Counted from the stretch's first letter, positions 19,199 through 28,940 are shown. The stretch is DNA of 64,000 bases from an uncultured Gammaproteobacteria bacterium (GCA_964486065.1 CAZAKN010000001.1:16657-80656), one strand, 5' to 3'. Program-made: numbers and translations. Notes: generated from the sequence alone by a model not told the origin.

Positions 19199-21043
19199 TT
19201 ATAACACATTAACCGGATTTATGTCAATCTTAAATTCAGCCGGTAAACCACGCAAATATTGACGCAATTTATTCTCTGTTTCATGTTTGCAAAAAATCAG
19301 AACATTGTAACGGAAGCGACCGCGCACCATTTTTTTATAATAGGCGTAAGCCGGAGAAATCTTGCATTCCGGGAAATTATTTTTTAATTTTAAACCAAGA
19401 CTTTTGGCTGATGAAAAAGCTTTTTGCTCATCTTCAAAGTCAACCATTATCTTCAGCGCCTGCGTGAACGGGGGATAATTAAAACGACGACGATCAGCCA
19501 ATTCTTTTTTATAAAAATGGTTATAATCTTTGTTTAATGAGCTGAACAAATGATTGTCGGCAAATGATGTTTGGATGATGAATTTCACTGCCGGATTATT
19601 TACGGTTAAACAATTGATCAATTCGCGGAAGTAAGTGTACAGTTTATGGTTGGCGTTATAGTCACTCAAGTATAATAAACCATCCGCGTAAATCACGGCC
19701 GTGAAATCAATCTCTCGTGAATCCTCATCACGCAAATTTTGGCCGGTGGAAAATAACAAATTTTTTTTCTTACCGAATTTTTTTTCAAACAATTCCTTTA
19801 TCCCGCCCAAACCGATGCCGACTTTTTTCAAATTCACACCGCGACAAAGCGGACACTCGGCCGGCGAATCTTGCGAAGTTTTACAATTGGCGCAAAGCAA
19901 TCGGTTCTCTTCGTCCACCGCGAAAGGGATATTACATTTTTCACATTTGAAAACATGTCCGCAATCAGCGCAAAGCATCATTCCATAAGCGTTTTTTTTA
20001 TTGACGATGATCAAGACTTTTCGTTTATTCGCCAAGACTGTTTGCGTATGATCAAAAATTTCTTGGGCAATCGGACTTTTTTCGTTTTTTAAAACTTGAT
20101 CAAGTTTTAGGATTTTTAATTCGGGTTTAATGGCTTCTCCCCATGATGTCAGTTTGTAATTATTCCGTTGCGCGCGATGGACTTGTTCCACCGGTGGACA
20201 GGTGGAGCAAAGCAATAATTTCGCTTTATGAAGTTCCGCCAATTTTTCGGCGCAATCAACAGCCGAATAAACCGGCGTTTGATCACGATTTTTGTGATCT
20301 TCATCTTGGCTTTGATCAATTACAATATAATCTAAATCATTAAACGGCGCGAAGACAACACTACGCGTGCCGATCACCACGCGAATTTCATTGTTTTGAA
20401 TTTTCTTTTGTAAATAATGGTTTAAATTTTTTTTCTTTTTTATATCGCCGGTTAACACAGCGGTTTGTTGAAAAATTTCCGGTTTCAGAGTGAAATGAAA
20501 CTTTCGCACGACCTCTTTGTTCGGGAAAATCAAGCAAACGGTTTGCTTGGTTTTTATCGCTTGTTCGCACAATGCCGAGTAAATTTGAAATTTTAAAACA
20601 TGATTTATCGTATTGATTAAAAATCCTTTGGCATCATTATTCATGATTTCAATTGCTTTTTCCTTGGATTCAGGGGAAACCGCTAAATCATGTGAAGATG
20701 GTTTTTGCTTGGGAATATCATGATGTTTTTCCGGTGCGGGTTGCCAGAGTAAGCGCCAAGTTTTAGCCGGAGAATACAGGTAATAATCGGAAAACCATTT
20801 TAAAAAATTAAATTGATCATTGGATAATTCACTTGATACTTTATCAATTGTTTTCAACTTTCCAAATTCACTTTGTCGCGTCAACTCGTAAACCAGACCG
20901 AAAATTTTTTTATTTTTAAAAGGCACTTCCACGATGTCACCAACTTTGATCTTACCGACTAAATTATCACCGACTCGGTAATCAAAAAAATTTTGCCCGC
21001 GAGGCAATTTTAAATAAGGAATAATTTTGGCGTATCGCAACAT
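19199..21043 (-). CDS. priA: primosomal protein N' (PriA) homolog with degenerate ATPase motifs
   Basis: PriA N-terminal 3'-binding domain, motif II context VVIGTRSVVFAPFNDLDYIVIDQSQDE and the PriA Cys-rich zinc region (CADCGHVFKCEKC...CANCKTS...CPLCRG). No G-x4-GKT Walker A was found, and DEEH is replaced by DQSQ. Confidence 0.8.
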   Translation of the reverse strand: MLRYAKIIPYLKLPRGQNFFDYRVGDNLVGKIKVGDIVEVPFKNKKIFGLVYELTRQSEFGKLKTIDKVSSELSNDQFNFLKWFSDYYLYSPAKTWRLLWQPAPEKHHDIPKQKPSSHDLAVSPESKEKAIEIMNNDAKGFLINTINHVLKFQIYSALCEQAIKTKQTVCLIFPNKEVVRKFHFTLKPEIFQQTAVLTGDIKKKKNLNHYLQKKIQNNEIRVVIGTRSVVFAPFNDLDYIVIDQSQDEDHKNRDQTPVYSAVDCAEKLAELHKAKLLLCSTCPPVEQVHRAQRNNYKLTSWGEAIKPELKILKLDQVLKNEKSPIAQEIFDHTQTVLANKRKVLIIVNKKNAYGMMLCADCGHVFKCEKCNIPFAVDEENRLLCANCKTSQDSPAECPLCRGVNLKKVGIGLGGIKELFEKKFGKKKNLLFSTGQNLRDEDSREIDFTAVIYADGLLYLSDYNANHKLYTYFRELINCLTVNNPAVKFIIQTSFADNHLFSSLNKDYNHFYKKELADRRRFNYPPFTQALKIMVDFEDEQKAFSSAKSLGLKLKNNFPECKISPAYAYYKKMVRGRFRYNVLIFCKHETENKLRQYLRGLPAEFKIDINPVNVL

Positions 21044-21045
21044 AA

Positions 21046-21861
21046 TCAGCCGAAAATAATTTGTGCGGTCAAATAACCGACACCGAATGGTGATTCATAA
21101 CTTAAAACTTCAATTTCATAATTCATGTCTTTGATCACGCCCAGAAGTATTAAAATTGAACGCCAGCCACATTGTCCGGCTTCTTGCAAAAATGTGGGAT
21201 CCATATCAACCATTGAATCCACTTTTTTGTTTTTTAAAAACTGAATGATTTTTTTATCAAATTCTCGGCCTTTCGGAGAAAAGCCGGCGGGGGATTGGGA
21301 AGTCAGCTTATGAGACAAATCACCGGAAGCGATTATGGCGTATTTTTTATCTTGATTTAAAACGATTTCTTTGATCATTTCACCGAAACGCAAATGTTTT
21401 TCCGGACTTAAAAAACTGTGCTTAATTGGCACGATCCGACGTTTAGTGTTGTAGCCGAGCAGTTTAAAAAGTGGCACCGCGCTACCATGATCCAATTTCG
21501 GCTCGGAAATCAATTGCAAAGGTAGCTCGGTTTCAAACTTTCCTTTTAAAGAATTGATAAAACCAAGATCGCCTTTGTATTCAAACTTAGTTTCAAAATC
21601 GCCGAAATCTTCAAAATTCACTTTGTAATACTCGTTTGTATTGATGGTGAAAGCATCCACATTGAGTTCGCCGTGCGGAGAAATGATAATCAAAGTTTCC
21701 GGTTCCGCTTTGACCAATTCATCTTTAAGCAAACGATAAGCTTCCTCGGTTTTTTTCAATTTTTCAAGATTGTCTTTGCCCACATTCGGGATAAGAATCG
21801 GCGGGTGGGGGACAATGGCGCTGAAAACTAACATATTAATTTGTTTTAAACTCAAGATCAA
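21046..21861 (-). CDS. class III extradiol dioxygenase subunit B-like (DODA/LigB/AmmeMemo-type) protein
   Basis: AIVPHPPILIP, ISPHGE, LDHGSAVPL and ASGDLSH match the catalytic/structural motifs of the LigB/DODA fold. Confidence 0.6.
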   Translation of the reverse strand: MILSLKQINMLVFSAIVPHPPILIPNVGKDNLEKLKKTEEAYRLLKDELVKAEPETLIIISPHGELNVDAFTINTNEYYKVNFEDFGDFETKFEYKGDLGFINSLKGKFETELPLQLISEPKLDHGSAVPLFKLLGYNTKRRIVPIKHSFLSPEKHLRFGEMIKEIVLNQDKKYAIIASGDLSHKLTSQSPAGFSPKGREFDKKIIQFLKNKKVDSMVDMDPTFLQEAGQCGWRSILILLGVIKDMNYEIEVLSYESPFGVGYLTAQIIFG

Positions 21862-23209
21862 GATAACTTCCGGTCGGGATTAAAGCCAAAGATTTTTCAT
21901 CAACCGTGCGAATGTTTGCCCATTTGTAGCCCAATTCTTCAAACACGCGTCCTGAAATAATTGGCCTTTTTTTACCATTGGAAATAACGAAAACCGCAGG
22001 TGCCCCGGTGGCCATTACCAATTCACCGTCACGCAATTTAACCGGTTCATCTGTTTGAAATTTATCCAATTCTTCCGGCGATACCGCGGTAATATTATGA
22101 TGCGGATAATTGATATCCATAATGGCGCGAGAAACAATCGGGCGCTTGATTCCGTCTTGCACGAAATATACTCCGCCGGTTTGATTATTTTGCAACAAGG
22201 CTCCCGCCGGATAAGCGCTTTCCATGGTTATCGGCGGACCGATTTTATAATACTTCATGTCTTCCACCGCCAACTGTTCAAACTCTTCGGGATTATAACC
22301 GATGGTGCGGACAACTTCGGAATTGGCAAATTTGCGCAAAGTATCATCAACCAGTAAATAAGTGTTGCCGAAAGGTGTGGTTAAAATAGAGTAATTGGCG
22401 TATTTGATCGGCGCACCGATTTCATATTTTTGCAATTCGTTGGCTCCGACTTCAATAACATTATTTAAATTATAACGGGAAATCAAAGCGCTTTTGCTGT
22501 GAAATGGTCGTCTTTTACCATGTTCAATTAACCAAACTCCGTTTTCATTTTCCGCGCGAAGCAATGAGCCATCAGGATAAGATTGCGAGAACCATTTGTT
22601 CCAAATCAACCAGAAATTATAATTTCCGCTTATATGTGGCGTAAAATTGTAAAGGTTGGCGGTGGCTTGGTTTTCAATGTAAACCTTTTCACCGTCAATA
22701 TTGTAAGTTTGATATACGGTTTTCAGCCAACCGTTATTGGTATTATCAATATACCATCTTTGAGCGGCGGCCGCTTCATCCACTTGCTTGCCAAAACCTT
22801 TAAATTTTTGAATTCGCGGATCATTCATGGAACAACTGTCGCAAACTCCATAGCCCATAGCCCAATCCAATTGCTTTTGAGTGGGAAAAGGATCTTCCAA
22901 AAGGCTTTGTTCTTTTTGTAACATTACCAATAAAAATTTCGGACTGACGCGATATTCTTGCGCCGCGGACCAGATAATTTCCGCCGCAGTTTGCATCTTG
23001 CCGTCCGCGGCTTCGGTTTTCAAGCGCTTCAGAGCTCCGTTTTTTTTATCAAGAAATTCTTGAACTTCCGCCAAGGTCATGGAATTGTGTCCGGTTAAAT
23101 CGGAATCCGAAATAATGTTACCGGGATTGAATTCCGCGCCACGCGCGATATTAAAATAACTAAAAGTCAAAAACATGCTTAAAAATAAAATAATGATTTT
23201 TTTATTCAT
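21836..23209 (-). CDS. secreted protein with three internal G-x-x-RP-type repeats
   Basis: Signal peptide MNKKIIILFLSMFLTFSYFNIARGA. Three copies of a ~60-aa motif follow (NGVWLIEHGKRRPF / GGVYFVQDGIKRPI / AVFVISNGKKRPI). No known family was recognised. Confidence 0.45.
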   Translation of the reverse strand: MNKKIIILFLSMFLTFSYFNIARGAEFNPGNIISDSDLTGHNSMTLAEVQEFLDKKNGALKRLKTEAADGKMQTAAEIIWSAAQEYRVSPKFLLVMLQKEQSLLEDPFPTQKQLDWAMGYGVCDSCSMNDPRIQKFKGFGKQVDEAAAAQRWYIDNTNNGWLKTVYQTYNIDGEKVYIENQATANLYNFTPHISGNYNFWLIWNKWFSQSYPDGSLLRAENENGVWLIEHGKRRPFHSKSALISRYNLNNVIEVGANELQKYEIGAPIKYANYSILTTPFGNTYLLVDDTLRKFANSEVVRTIGYNPEEFEQLAVEDMKYYKIGPPITMESAYPAGALLQNNQTGGVYFVQDGIKRPIVSRAIMDINYPHHNITAVSPEELDKFQTDEPVKLRDGELVMATGAPAVFVISNGKKRPIISGRVFEELGYKWANIRTVDEKSLALIPTGSYLDLEFKTN

Positions 23210-23303
23210 AAAAATTGTTATTTATTACTTGTAAAGTATAGCAGAAGCCAATGTTTTTTCCAAATATAAAATCAAGCCTGCCAAGACTTGATTTTATGGA
23301 TAT

Positions 23304-25928
23304 TTAAGAGAAGACCACTTGATTATTTTTGTAATCAATCATTACTTTTTTCTTGATTTTATTTTCAATTATTTTCAAAGCCAGTTCGTCCAAAATCATG
23401 TTTTGAATCAATCGTTTCAACGGTCGCGCGCCGAATTGCGGATCATAACCTTGTTTGGCTAAGGCTTTTTTCAGAGCGGGGGAGAAATCTATTTCAATTT
23501 CCTTGTTTTTTGCCACGCGATCAGCCACGCGCGCCAATTGCAATTCCACGATTTCGCCGATTTCTTTTTGGTTCAAAGCGTCAAAAATTATGATTTCATC
23601 AATTCTGTTTAAAAATTCCGGTCGAAAATGCTCTTTCAACATGGTCATAATTTTGGAATCCGTGTTTTCTTTAACTGCCTCCACGGAGTCATCACCAAAC
23701 CCCAATTCGCCTTTGGTCATAGCTTGCAAAATTACATCCGAACCCATATTGGAAGTCATAATGATAATCGTATTTTTAAAATTAACCACGCGCCCTTTTG
23801 AATCGGTCAGACGACCATCATCCAGCAATTGCAAAAGTACATTGAAAACTTCGGGATGAGCTTTTTCTATTTCATCAAACAAAATCACGGAATATGGTTT
23901 GCGTCTGACTTGTTCGGTCAATTGTCCGCCTTCCTCATGTCCCACATAACCGGGAGGGGAGCCGAGCAGACGGGAAACATTATGTTTCTCCATATATTCA
24001 CTCATGTCCACGCGAATAACCGAATCTTCATTATTAAACATAAATTCCGCCAAAGCTTTGGCCAATTCGGTTTTTCCCACACCTGTGGGACCGAGAAACA
24101 TGAAAGACCCGATCGGACGATTTTCCTCCGCCAAACCCGCGCGTGAACGACGCAAGGCATTGGCCACCGCGTGGATGGATTTTTCTTGTCCGACCACTCT
24201 CCGACTTAAGACTTTTTCGGCTTCCGCCAATTTTTCAATTTCACTTTGCATCATTTTCGCCACCGGGATTCCCGTCCATTTGGAAATTACGGTAGCAATA
24301 TCTTCTTCTATGACTTCTTCTTTTAAAATTTGTCTTCCACCCGGTCCACTTTGCAATTGGCGCAATCTGGTTTGCAACTTTTTAATCATGTTTTCCAGTT
24401 TCGGAATTTCACCGTAGCGGATTTCCGCGACGCGATCATATTCGGCTTTTCTTTCCAAAATGTCCGCTTCTTGACGCAATTTATCAATTTGTTTTTTGGA
24501 ATCCTGAATTTCCGAGATTAACTCTTTTTCTTTTTGCCAATGCAATTCCAATTGATGCGATTTTTCTTTGATTTCCGCCAGTTCTTTTTCAATGATTCTT
24601 AATTTATCCTTTGAAGTGTCGGTTTTTTCACGCGAAAGCGCTTGTTTTTCAATTTCAAGTTTCATGATTTTTCTTTTCATCTGATCCAATTCGGTCGGCA
24701 TACTGTTTAATTCAATGCGTAAAGCACTAGTCGCTTCATCAATCAAGTCAATGGCTTTATCCGGTAAAAAACGATCGGAGATATAGCGTTGCGAAAGTTT
24801 CGCCGCCGCGACAATCGCGTCATCCGTTATGCGAACACCATGATGAACTTCATATTTTTCTTTAATCCCGCGCAAAATAGCGATGGTATCATCAAGATCC
24901 GGTTCATCAATCATCACAGGCTGGAAACGCCTCTCTAGGGCGGCGTCTTTTTCAATATACTTCTGATATTCCTTCAAGGTCGTGGCGCCGATACAGCGCA
25001 ATTCTCCGCGCGCCAGCGCGGGCTTCAACATATTGGAAGCATCAAGTGAGCCTTCAATGGAGCCGGCTCCGACGATGGTATGCAATTCATCAATAAAAAT
25101 AATGTATTTGTCGCCGGCTTTTTTTATTTCGGAAATAACCGCTTTTAATCTTTCTTCAAATTCACCGCGAAATTTGGAACCGGCCAGCATGGCGCCCAAA
25201 TCCAAACTCAGAACTTCTTTATTTTTTAAATTTTCCGGCACATCTCCGGATACGATTCTTTGCGCCAAACCTTCGGCAATAGCGGTTTTCCCCACGCCGG
25301 GTTCACCGATTACGACCGGATTGTTTTTCGTGCGACGAGATAAAACTTGTAAAACGCGACGGATTTCTTCCTCGCGTCCGATAACCGGATCAATTTTTTC
25401 CTGACGTGCCAATTCGGTTAGGTTGATAGTGTATTTTTCCAATGATTTAAATTTGTTTTCCGGATTTTGAGAATCAATTTTATTATTACCGCGCACATCG
25501 GCCAAAATCTTTAAAACCGAATCATAATCAATTCGGAAATATTCCAAAATCTGTTTGGATAGGGAATCAACTTTCAACATCGCTAAAAACAAATGTTCGG
25601 TGCTGATAAATTCATCTCCCATTTCTTTAGCCAATTTTTCCGAAGTAACCATGACGAAATTCATGGGCGCCGTAACCAAAACTTGACCGTCATTGCGAGT
25701 GGCCGAACCTTTCGGCATTTTGGCGAAATTTTTTTCTATCTCCGCGATCACTTCGGGAATATTGACTTCCAATTTTTTCAAAATCGTAAGCACGATGCTT
25801 TCTTCCTGCTGGAGCAGAGTATAGAATAAATGCAAAGTATCCAATTGCGCGTGTTTATATTCAAAAATTAAAGCCTGCGCTTCTTGTAAAGCTTGTTGTG
25901 AGTTGGTGGTAAATTTGTTTATATCCAT
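23304..25928 (-). CDS. clpB: ATP-dependent chaperone/disaggregase ClpB
   Basis: 874 aa. N-domain, two AAA+ modules ([15 protein letters not shown] and [15 protein letters not shown]) and a long coiled-coil middle domain between them, which distinguishes ClpB from ClpA/C. Confidence 0.95.
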   Translation of the reverse strand: MDINKFTTNSQQALQEAQALIFEYKHAQLDTLHLFYTLLQQEESIVLTILKKLEVNIPEVIAEIEKNFAKMPKGSATRNDGQVLVTAPMNFVMVTSEKLAKEMGDEFISTEHLFLAMLKVDSLSKQILEYFRIDYDSVLKILADVRGNNKIDSQNPENKFKSLEKYTINLTELARQEKIDPVIGREEEIRRVLQVLSRRTKNNPVVIGEPGVGKTAIAEGLAQRIVSGDVPENLKNKEVLSLDLGAMLAGSKFRGEFEERLKAVISEIKKAGDKYIIFIDELHTIVGAGSIEGSLDASNMLKPALARGELRCIGATTLKEYQKYIEKDAALERRFQPVMIDEPDLDDTIAILRGIKEKYEVHHGVRITDDAIVAAAKLSQRYISDRFLPDKAIDLIDEATSALRIELNSMPTELDQMKRKIMKLEIEKQALSREKTDTSKDKLRIIEKELAEIKEKSHQLELHWQKEKELISEIQDSKKQIDKLRQEADILERKAEYDRVAEIRYGEIPKLENMIKKLQTRLRQLQSGPGGRQILKEEVIEEDIATVISKWTGIPVAKMMQSEIEKLAEAEKVLSRRVVGQEKSIHAVANALRRSRAGLAEENRPIGSFMFLGPTGVGKTELAKALAEFMFNNEDSVIRVDMSEYMEKHNVSRLLGSPPGYVGHEEGGQLTEQVRRKPYSVILFDEIEKAHPEVFNVLLQLLDDGRLTDSKGRVVNFKNTIIIMTSNMGSDVILQAMTKGELGFGDDSVEAVKENTDSKIMTMLKEHFRPEFLNRIDEIIIFDALNQKEIGEIVELQLARVADRVAKNKEIEIDFSPALKKALAKQGYDPQFGARPLKRLIQNMILDELALKIIENKIKKKVMIDYKNNQVVFS

Positions 25929-25948
25929 TTTTTTACGATTATTTATAT

Positions 25949-25975
25949 TTAGCAGTCTATGTGTTAGAGTGCTAA
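25949..25975 (-). promoter_or_regulatory. CIRCE-like inverted repeat (HrcA operator) in the clpB leader
   Basis: TTAGCAGTC-N9-GAGTGCTAA versus the CIRCE consensus TTAGCACTC-N9-GAGTGCTAA: one mismatch in the left arm, a perfect right arm and exact 9-nt spacing. It lies 21 bp upstream of the clpB ATG. On the minus strand a TTGACA-17-ATAATT promoter sits just upstream (about 25982-26010). Confidence 0.6.
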
Positions 25976-26045
25976 TTTAATTATATAACATCCCAAAACC
26001 TTGTCAACTGTCAAAAAACTTTAATTTTGCTATAATATTGTCAAT

Positions 26046-27242
26046 ATGGAAAAAAATAAAAGACCGAGAGAATTTTGGCATAAAGCGATTATCCTCGGCA
26101 CACAAATTGATGACCGTCCCATGGATTGGGTTTTACGAAAAACCGAAACATTTTTGCAATCCGCAAAATCGCATAAAATTTTTACGCCCAATCCGGAGAT
26201 TTGCTTAAAAGCGGAAAAAGATGAAAATTATCGGCACATTTTAAATCAAGCCGACATTAATATTCCCGATGGTTTCGGATTACAATTCGGCGCGAAAATT
26301 TTGGGAGAAAAATTAAAAAACAGGGTAACCGGCGCGGATCTGACGGCCGAGCTTTTAAAAAAATATAAAAACAGAAAATTTTTCGTTGTTTTACGCGAAG
26401 ACTCTTTGACCAAGCCGGCTGAATTGAAGACCATGTTTAAAACCAAATTTCCCAAAGTGAACTTTGAATTTGCTTTGCTTGATCATAAAAAATATCGTCA
26501 AGATACGATCGTTTTGAATAAAATAAATAAATTCAAACCTGATATATTATTCGTTTGTCTGGGTGCGCCGGCACAAGAAATATGGATTCATGAAAATTTA
26601 CCGGCTTTGCCGGATGTAGGAATCGCCTTGGGCGTGGGAGGAAGTTTTGATTTTTTAAGCGGGAAAATGTCTCGCGCTCCGAAAGTCCTGTGTGATCTTG
26701 GTTTGGAATGGTCATATCGTTTGATACAGGAACCAAAACGCTTGGCCAGAATAAAAAACGCGGTAGCTGATTTCCTGCTCAAATGTCATGAATGGAAAAA
26801 ACGCATGAGCAAGGATATGCGTCCGAATGTTCTCGGTATAATTGTTAACAGCGGGGGAGAAGTGCTTTTGCAGAAAAATGCTCGCTTGACTGAACATTGG
26901 CAATTCCCACAAGGCGGTATTGAACTGAATGAAAAACCGGAACAAGCAGTAATCCGCGAATGCGCCGAGGAATTGGGCGTTCCCGAAAGAACTTTGAAAG
27001 TGATGAAAAAACTTCCTTTGGTAAATAAATATGAATGGCCACCATACGCCAAACTTTTAAAAGGTTATAAAGGACAAGAACAACAAATTTTTGTTTTAAA
27101 ATTCACCGGCAATGATAAAGACTTTCATATAAAAAACAGTATTGAAGTGGATGATGTCAAATGGGTTGATAAAAAAAATGTGCCGGAGATTATTCATCCG
27201 GTGCGAAAATACTTCGCGACCAAGGCCATGAAATACCTTTAA
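26046..27242 (+). CDS. fusion protein: WecB/TagA/CpsF-family (GT26) glycosyltransferase + C-terminal NUDIX hydrolase
   Basis: The N-terminal ~250 aa carry GT26 hallmarks (PDGFGLQFGAKILG...VCLGAPAQEIW...GVGGSFDFLSG). The C-terminal part carries a perfect Nudix box G-x5-E-x7-REUxEExGU (GGIELNEKPEQAVIRECAEELGV). Confidence 0.8.
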   Translation: MEKNKRPREFWHKAIILGTQIDDRPMDWVLRKTETFLQSAKSHKIFTPNPEICLKAEKDENYRHILNQADINIPDGFGLQFGAKILGEKLKNRVTGADLTAELLKKYKNRKFFVVLREDSLTKPAELKTMFKTKFPKVNFEFALLDHKKYRQDTIVLNKINKFKPDILFVCLGAPAQEIWIHENLPALPDVGIALGVGGSFDFLSGKMSRAPKVLCDLGLEWSYRLIQEPKRLARIKNAVADFLLKCHEWKKRMSKDMRPNVLGIIVNSGGEVLLQKNARLTEHWQFPQGGIELNEKPEQAVIRECAEELGVPERTLKVMKKLPLVNKYEWPPYAKLLKGYKGQEQQIFVLKFTGNDKDFHIKNSIEVDDVKWVDKKNVPEIIHPVRKYFATKAMKYL

Positions 27243-27320
27243 AATGAAAATGGAATAGCTGATTTAATCTTCCAATCAATAATTTAAAAAACGACCGCTG
27301 ATGGTCGTTTTTCATTTTGA

Positions 27321-27977
27321 TTAATATGGTTCTGATTCACCGAGAACTTCCACGCGGATTTTGCCGATTTTATCGGTTAAACATTTGATGTGGATGATCC
27401 CGGGTATTATTTGCGAGAGCGTGTCATTTTTTAAAAGACAAATTAGATCCATGGGATTGTCAGTGAACGGTTCGCTTTCGCGAATGAACATTAATGTTTG
27501 ATGATTTTCACTATGGCGATGCATGCGTTGCAGAGTTTTAACATCAATATTATGATGGCGACTTAAATGCAAGGTGAAAGGCGCCAAAGTATGCGCGTAT
27601 TCGGGAACGGGAAACGGAAATAAAATGTGTTCCCTGAAAACACCGCGTTGCATACTGTCCAAATCTTCAATGGTGCATAGTAGTCCGCGAGTATAGTATT
27701 GCCAATCTTCATAATTTTCAAGCATCAATCCGCCATTTTCTTTTGTGGCGAAAAGTTCCGCTCTTACTTTGTGAAGATGGCTTTCATTCAGAAGATCAAT
27801 CTCATTAAAGCCCAAGCTGACTGCGAAACTGATTTTCGCTTTGGGAACAATCAGTGAAAAACCTTTCAGTTTACTATTTTGCTCGTGTTTTTCCGGGAAA
27901 AGGTTAAAAAATGATTCCCAAAAACAATCATCAATATTGACTTTACGATAAAGCATCCGTAAATATCTGCCGTCCAT
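27321..27977 (-). CDS. hypothetical protein (no recognisable domain)
   Basis: The start was placed at the internal Met (MDGRYLRM...) preceded by GGAGG; the ORF-track start is 28007. It lies downstream of an intrinsic terminator and so is a separate transcription unit from its upstream neighbour. Confidence 0.45.
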   Translation of the reverse strand: MDGRYLRMLYRKVNIDDCFWESFFNLFPEKHEQNSKLKGFSLIVPKAKISFAVSLGFNEIDLLNESHLHKVRAELFATKENGGLMLENYEDWQYYTRGLLCTIEDLDSMQRGVFREHILFPFPVPEYAHTLAPFTLHLSRHHNIDVKTLQRMHRHSENHQTLMFIRESEPFTDNPMDLICLLKNDTLSQIIPGIIHIKCLTDKIGKIRVEVLGESEPY

Positions 27978-28043
27978 CGTCAACCTCCATGTTTGTAAAT
28001 GTTCCAATTAATAATATATGTTTTTACTCGGTTTTTGTCAATT

Positions 28044-28073
28044 AAAAAGTCCCCTTCGCGAGGCGAAGGGGAC
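28044..28073 (-). terminator. rho-independent terminator (11-bp perfect GC-rich stem, GAG loop, T5 on the minus strand)
   Basis: Plus strand reads AAAAA-GTCCCCTTCGC-GAG-GCGAAGGGGAC, directly after the stop of the minus-strand gene 28080-28940. Confidence 0.75.
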
Positions 28074-28079
28074 TGCTGA

Positions 28080-28940
28080 TCACTTCTTGTTGCCGAGACC
28101 GAAGGCGGCCTCAAGACCCTGACGGATCTTGTCGTGCTTCAATGCACTTTTGGAGACCGGCTTTTGTTCAGCCAGTTTCCACTGCAGGAACATCATGTAT
28201 CCCGCGATTTGATGAATCCGGAACTTCCTTCCCGAATTCATTTTGTTGAAATGATGCACATACTGCACATCGGAATTCAACACCAAGGCGACCTCCTGAT
28301 CGCCATGCCGGTAGCGACTGACCGCTACGGCCGGGAGACGCGGAATTTCCTTTTTCCGCCCCTTTTTTACGAATTCCTTGATCAGGAATTCGTGAAAAGT
28401 CTCGCCAAACACCTTGGCGGTGGGAATTTCCACTTCCAAAGTGTACTTTTCCCATTCTTCCTGAAACTTTTTGGCGTTTCGCTGAAACGCCTTCAAGGCT
28501 TTTGGCGAAAGCTCGCCAACCAACGCTTGAATCTCCTCATGAAGATTCTCCAAGAACTCCACCGGCTTCATCTTGCCGATGGGCGCTTCCAGTGCCGCCT
28601 GGACTTGTTTGTAACGTTCGTGCTGGTAATCCAGCACATCGCCCAGGCGTCGAGCTTCGTGGTTGCTGAACTTGATCTGGGGATCTTCGTTCAGCTTGAC
28701 CAGCAGGGCCCGAACATTGTCGTTCCTGACCAGGATTCCGACCGTCTTGATCATGCCGTCTTTGGTGAATCCATCATGGACATACACCACCGAGGCATCC
28801 TTCACCGAGTCAATCTTTTCCCCGGTGATTTTGTCGGCCAGGAAATCATCCCGGCCCATCAGATCGGTCAGAGCTTTCCCTTCCGGGTAGCCCCAGTTAT
28901 TGTGGATCTGGTCCACAAATTCAATTCTTTTTCCGGCCAT
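28080..28940 (-). CDS. hypothetical protein in a GC-rich insertion (no recognisable domain)
   Basis: The start was placed at the internal Met (MAGKRIEFVDQ...) with a strong AAGGAGG 7 nt upstream; the ORF-track start is 29015. Codon usage and GC are visibly higher than in neighbouring genes. The 280-aa antisense ORF 28134-28976 is a typical GC-rich shadow. Confidence 0.5.
   Translation of the reverse strand: MAGKRIEFVDQIHNNWGYPEGKALTDLMGRDDFLADKITGEKIDSVKDASVVYVHDGFTKDGMIKTVGILVRNDNVRALLVKLNEDPQIKFSNHEARRLGDVLDYQHERYKQVQAALEAPIGKMKPVEFLENLHEEIQALVGELSPKALKAFQRNAKKFQEEWEKYTLEVEIPTAKVFGETFHEFLIKEFVKKGRKKEIPRLPAVAVSRYRHGDQEVALVLNSDVQYVHHFNKMNSGRKFRIHQIAGYMMFLQWKLAEQKPVSKSALKHDKIRQGLEAAFGLGNKK

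Noticed and set aside
23210-23303. Hairpin AAAATCAAG-N10-CTTGATTTT after clpB as an intrinsic terminator
   Set aside because: The stem is purely A/T with a 10-nt loop and lacks a clear downstream U-tract on the clpB strand. It is too weak to call.
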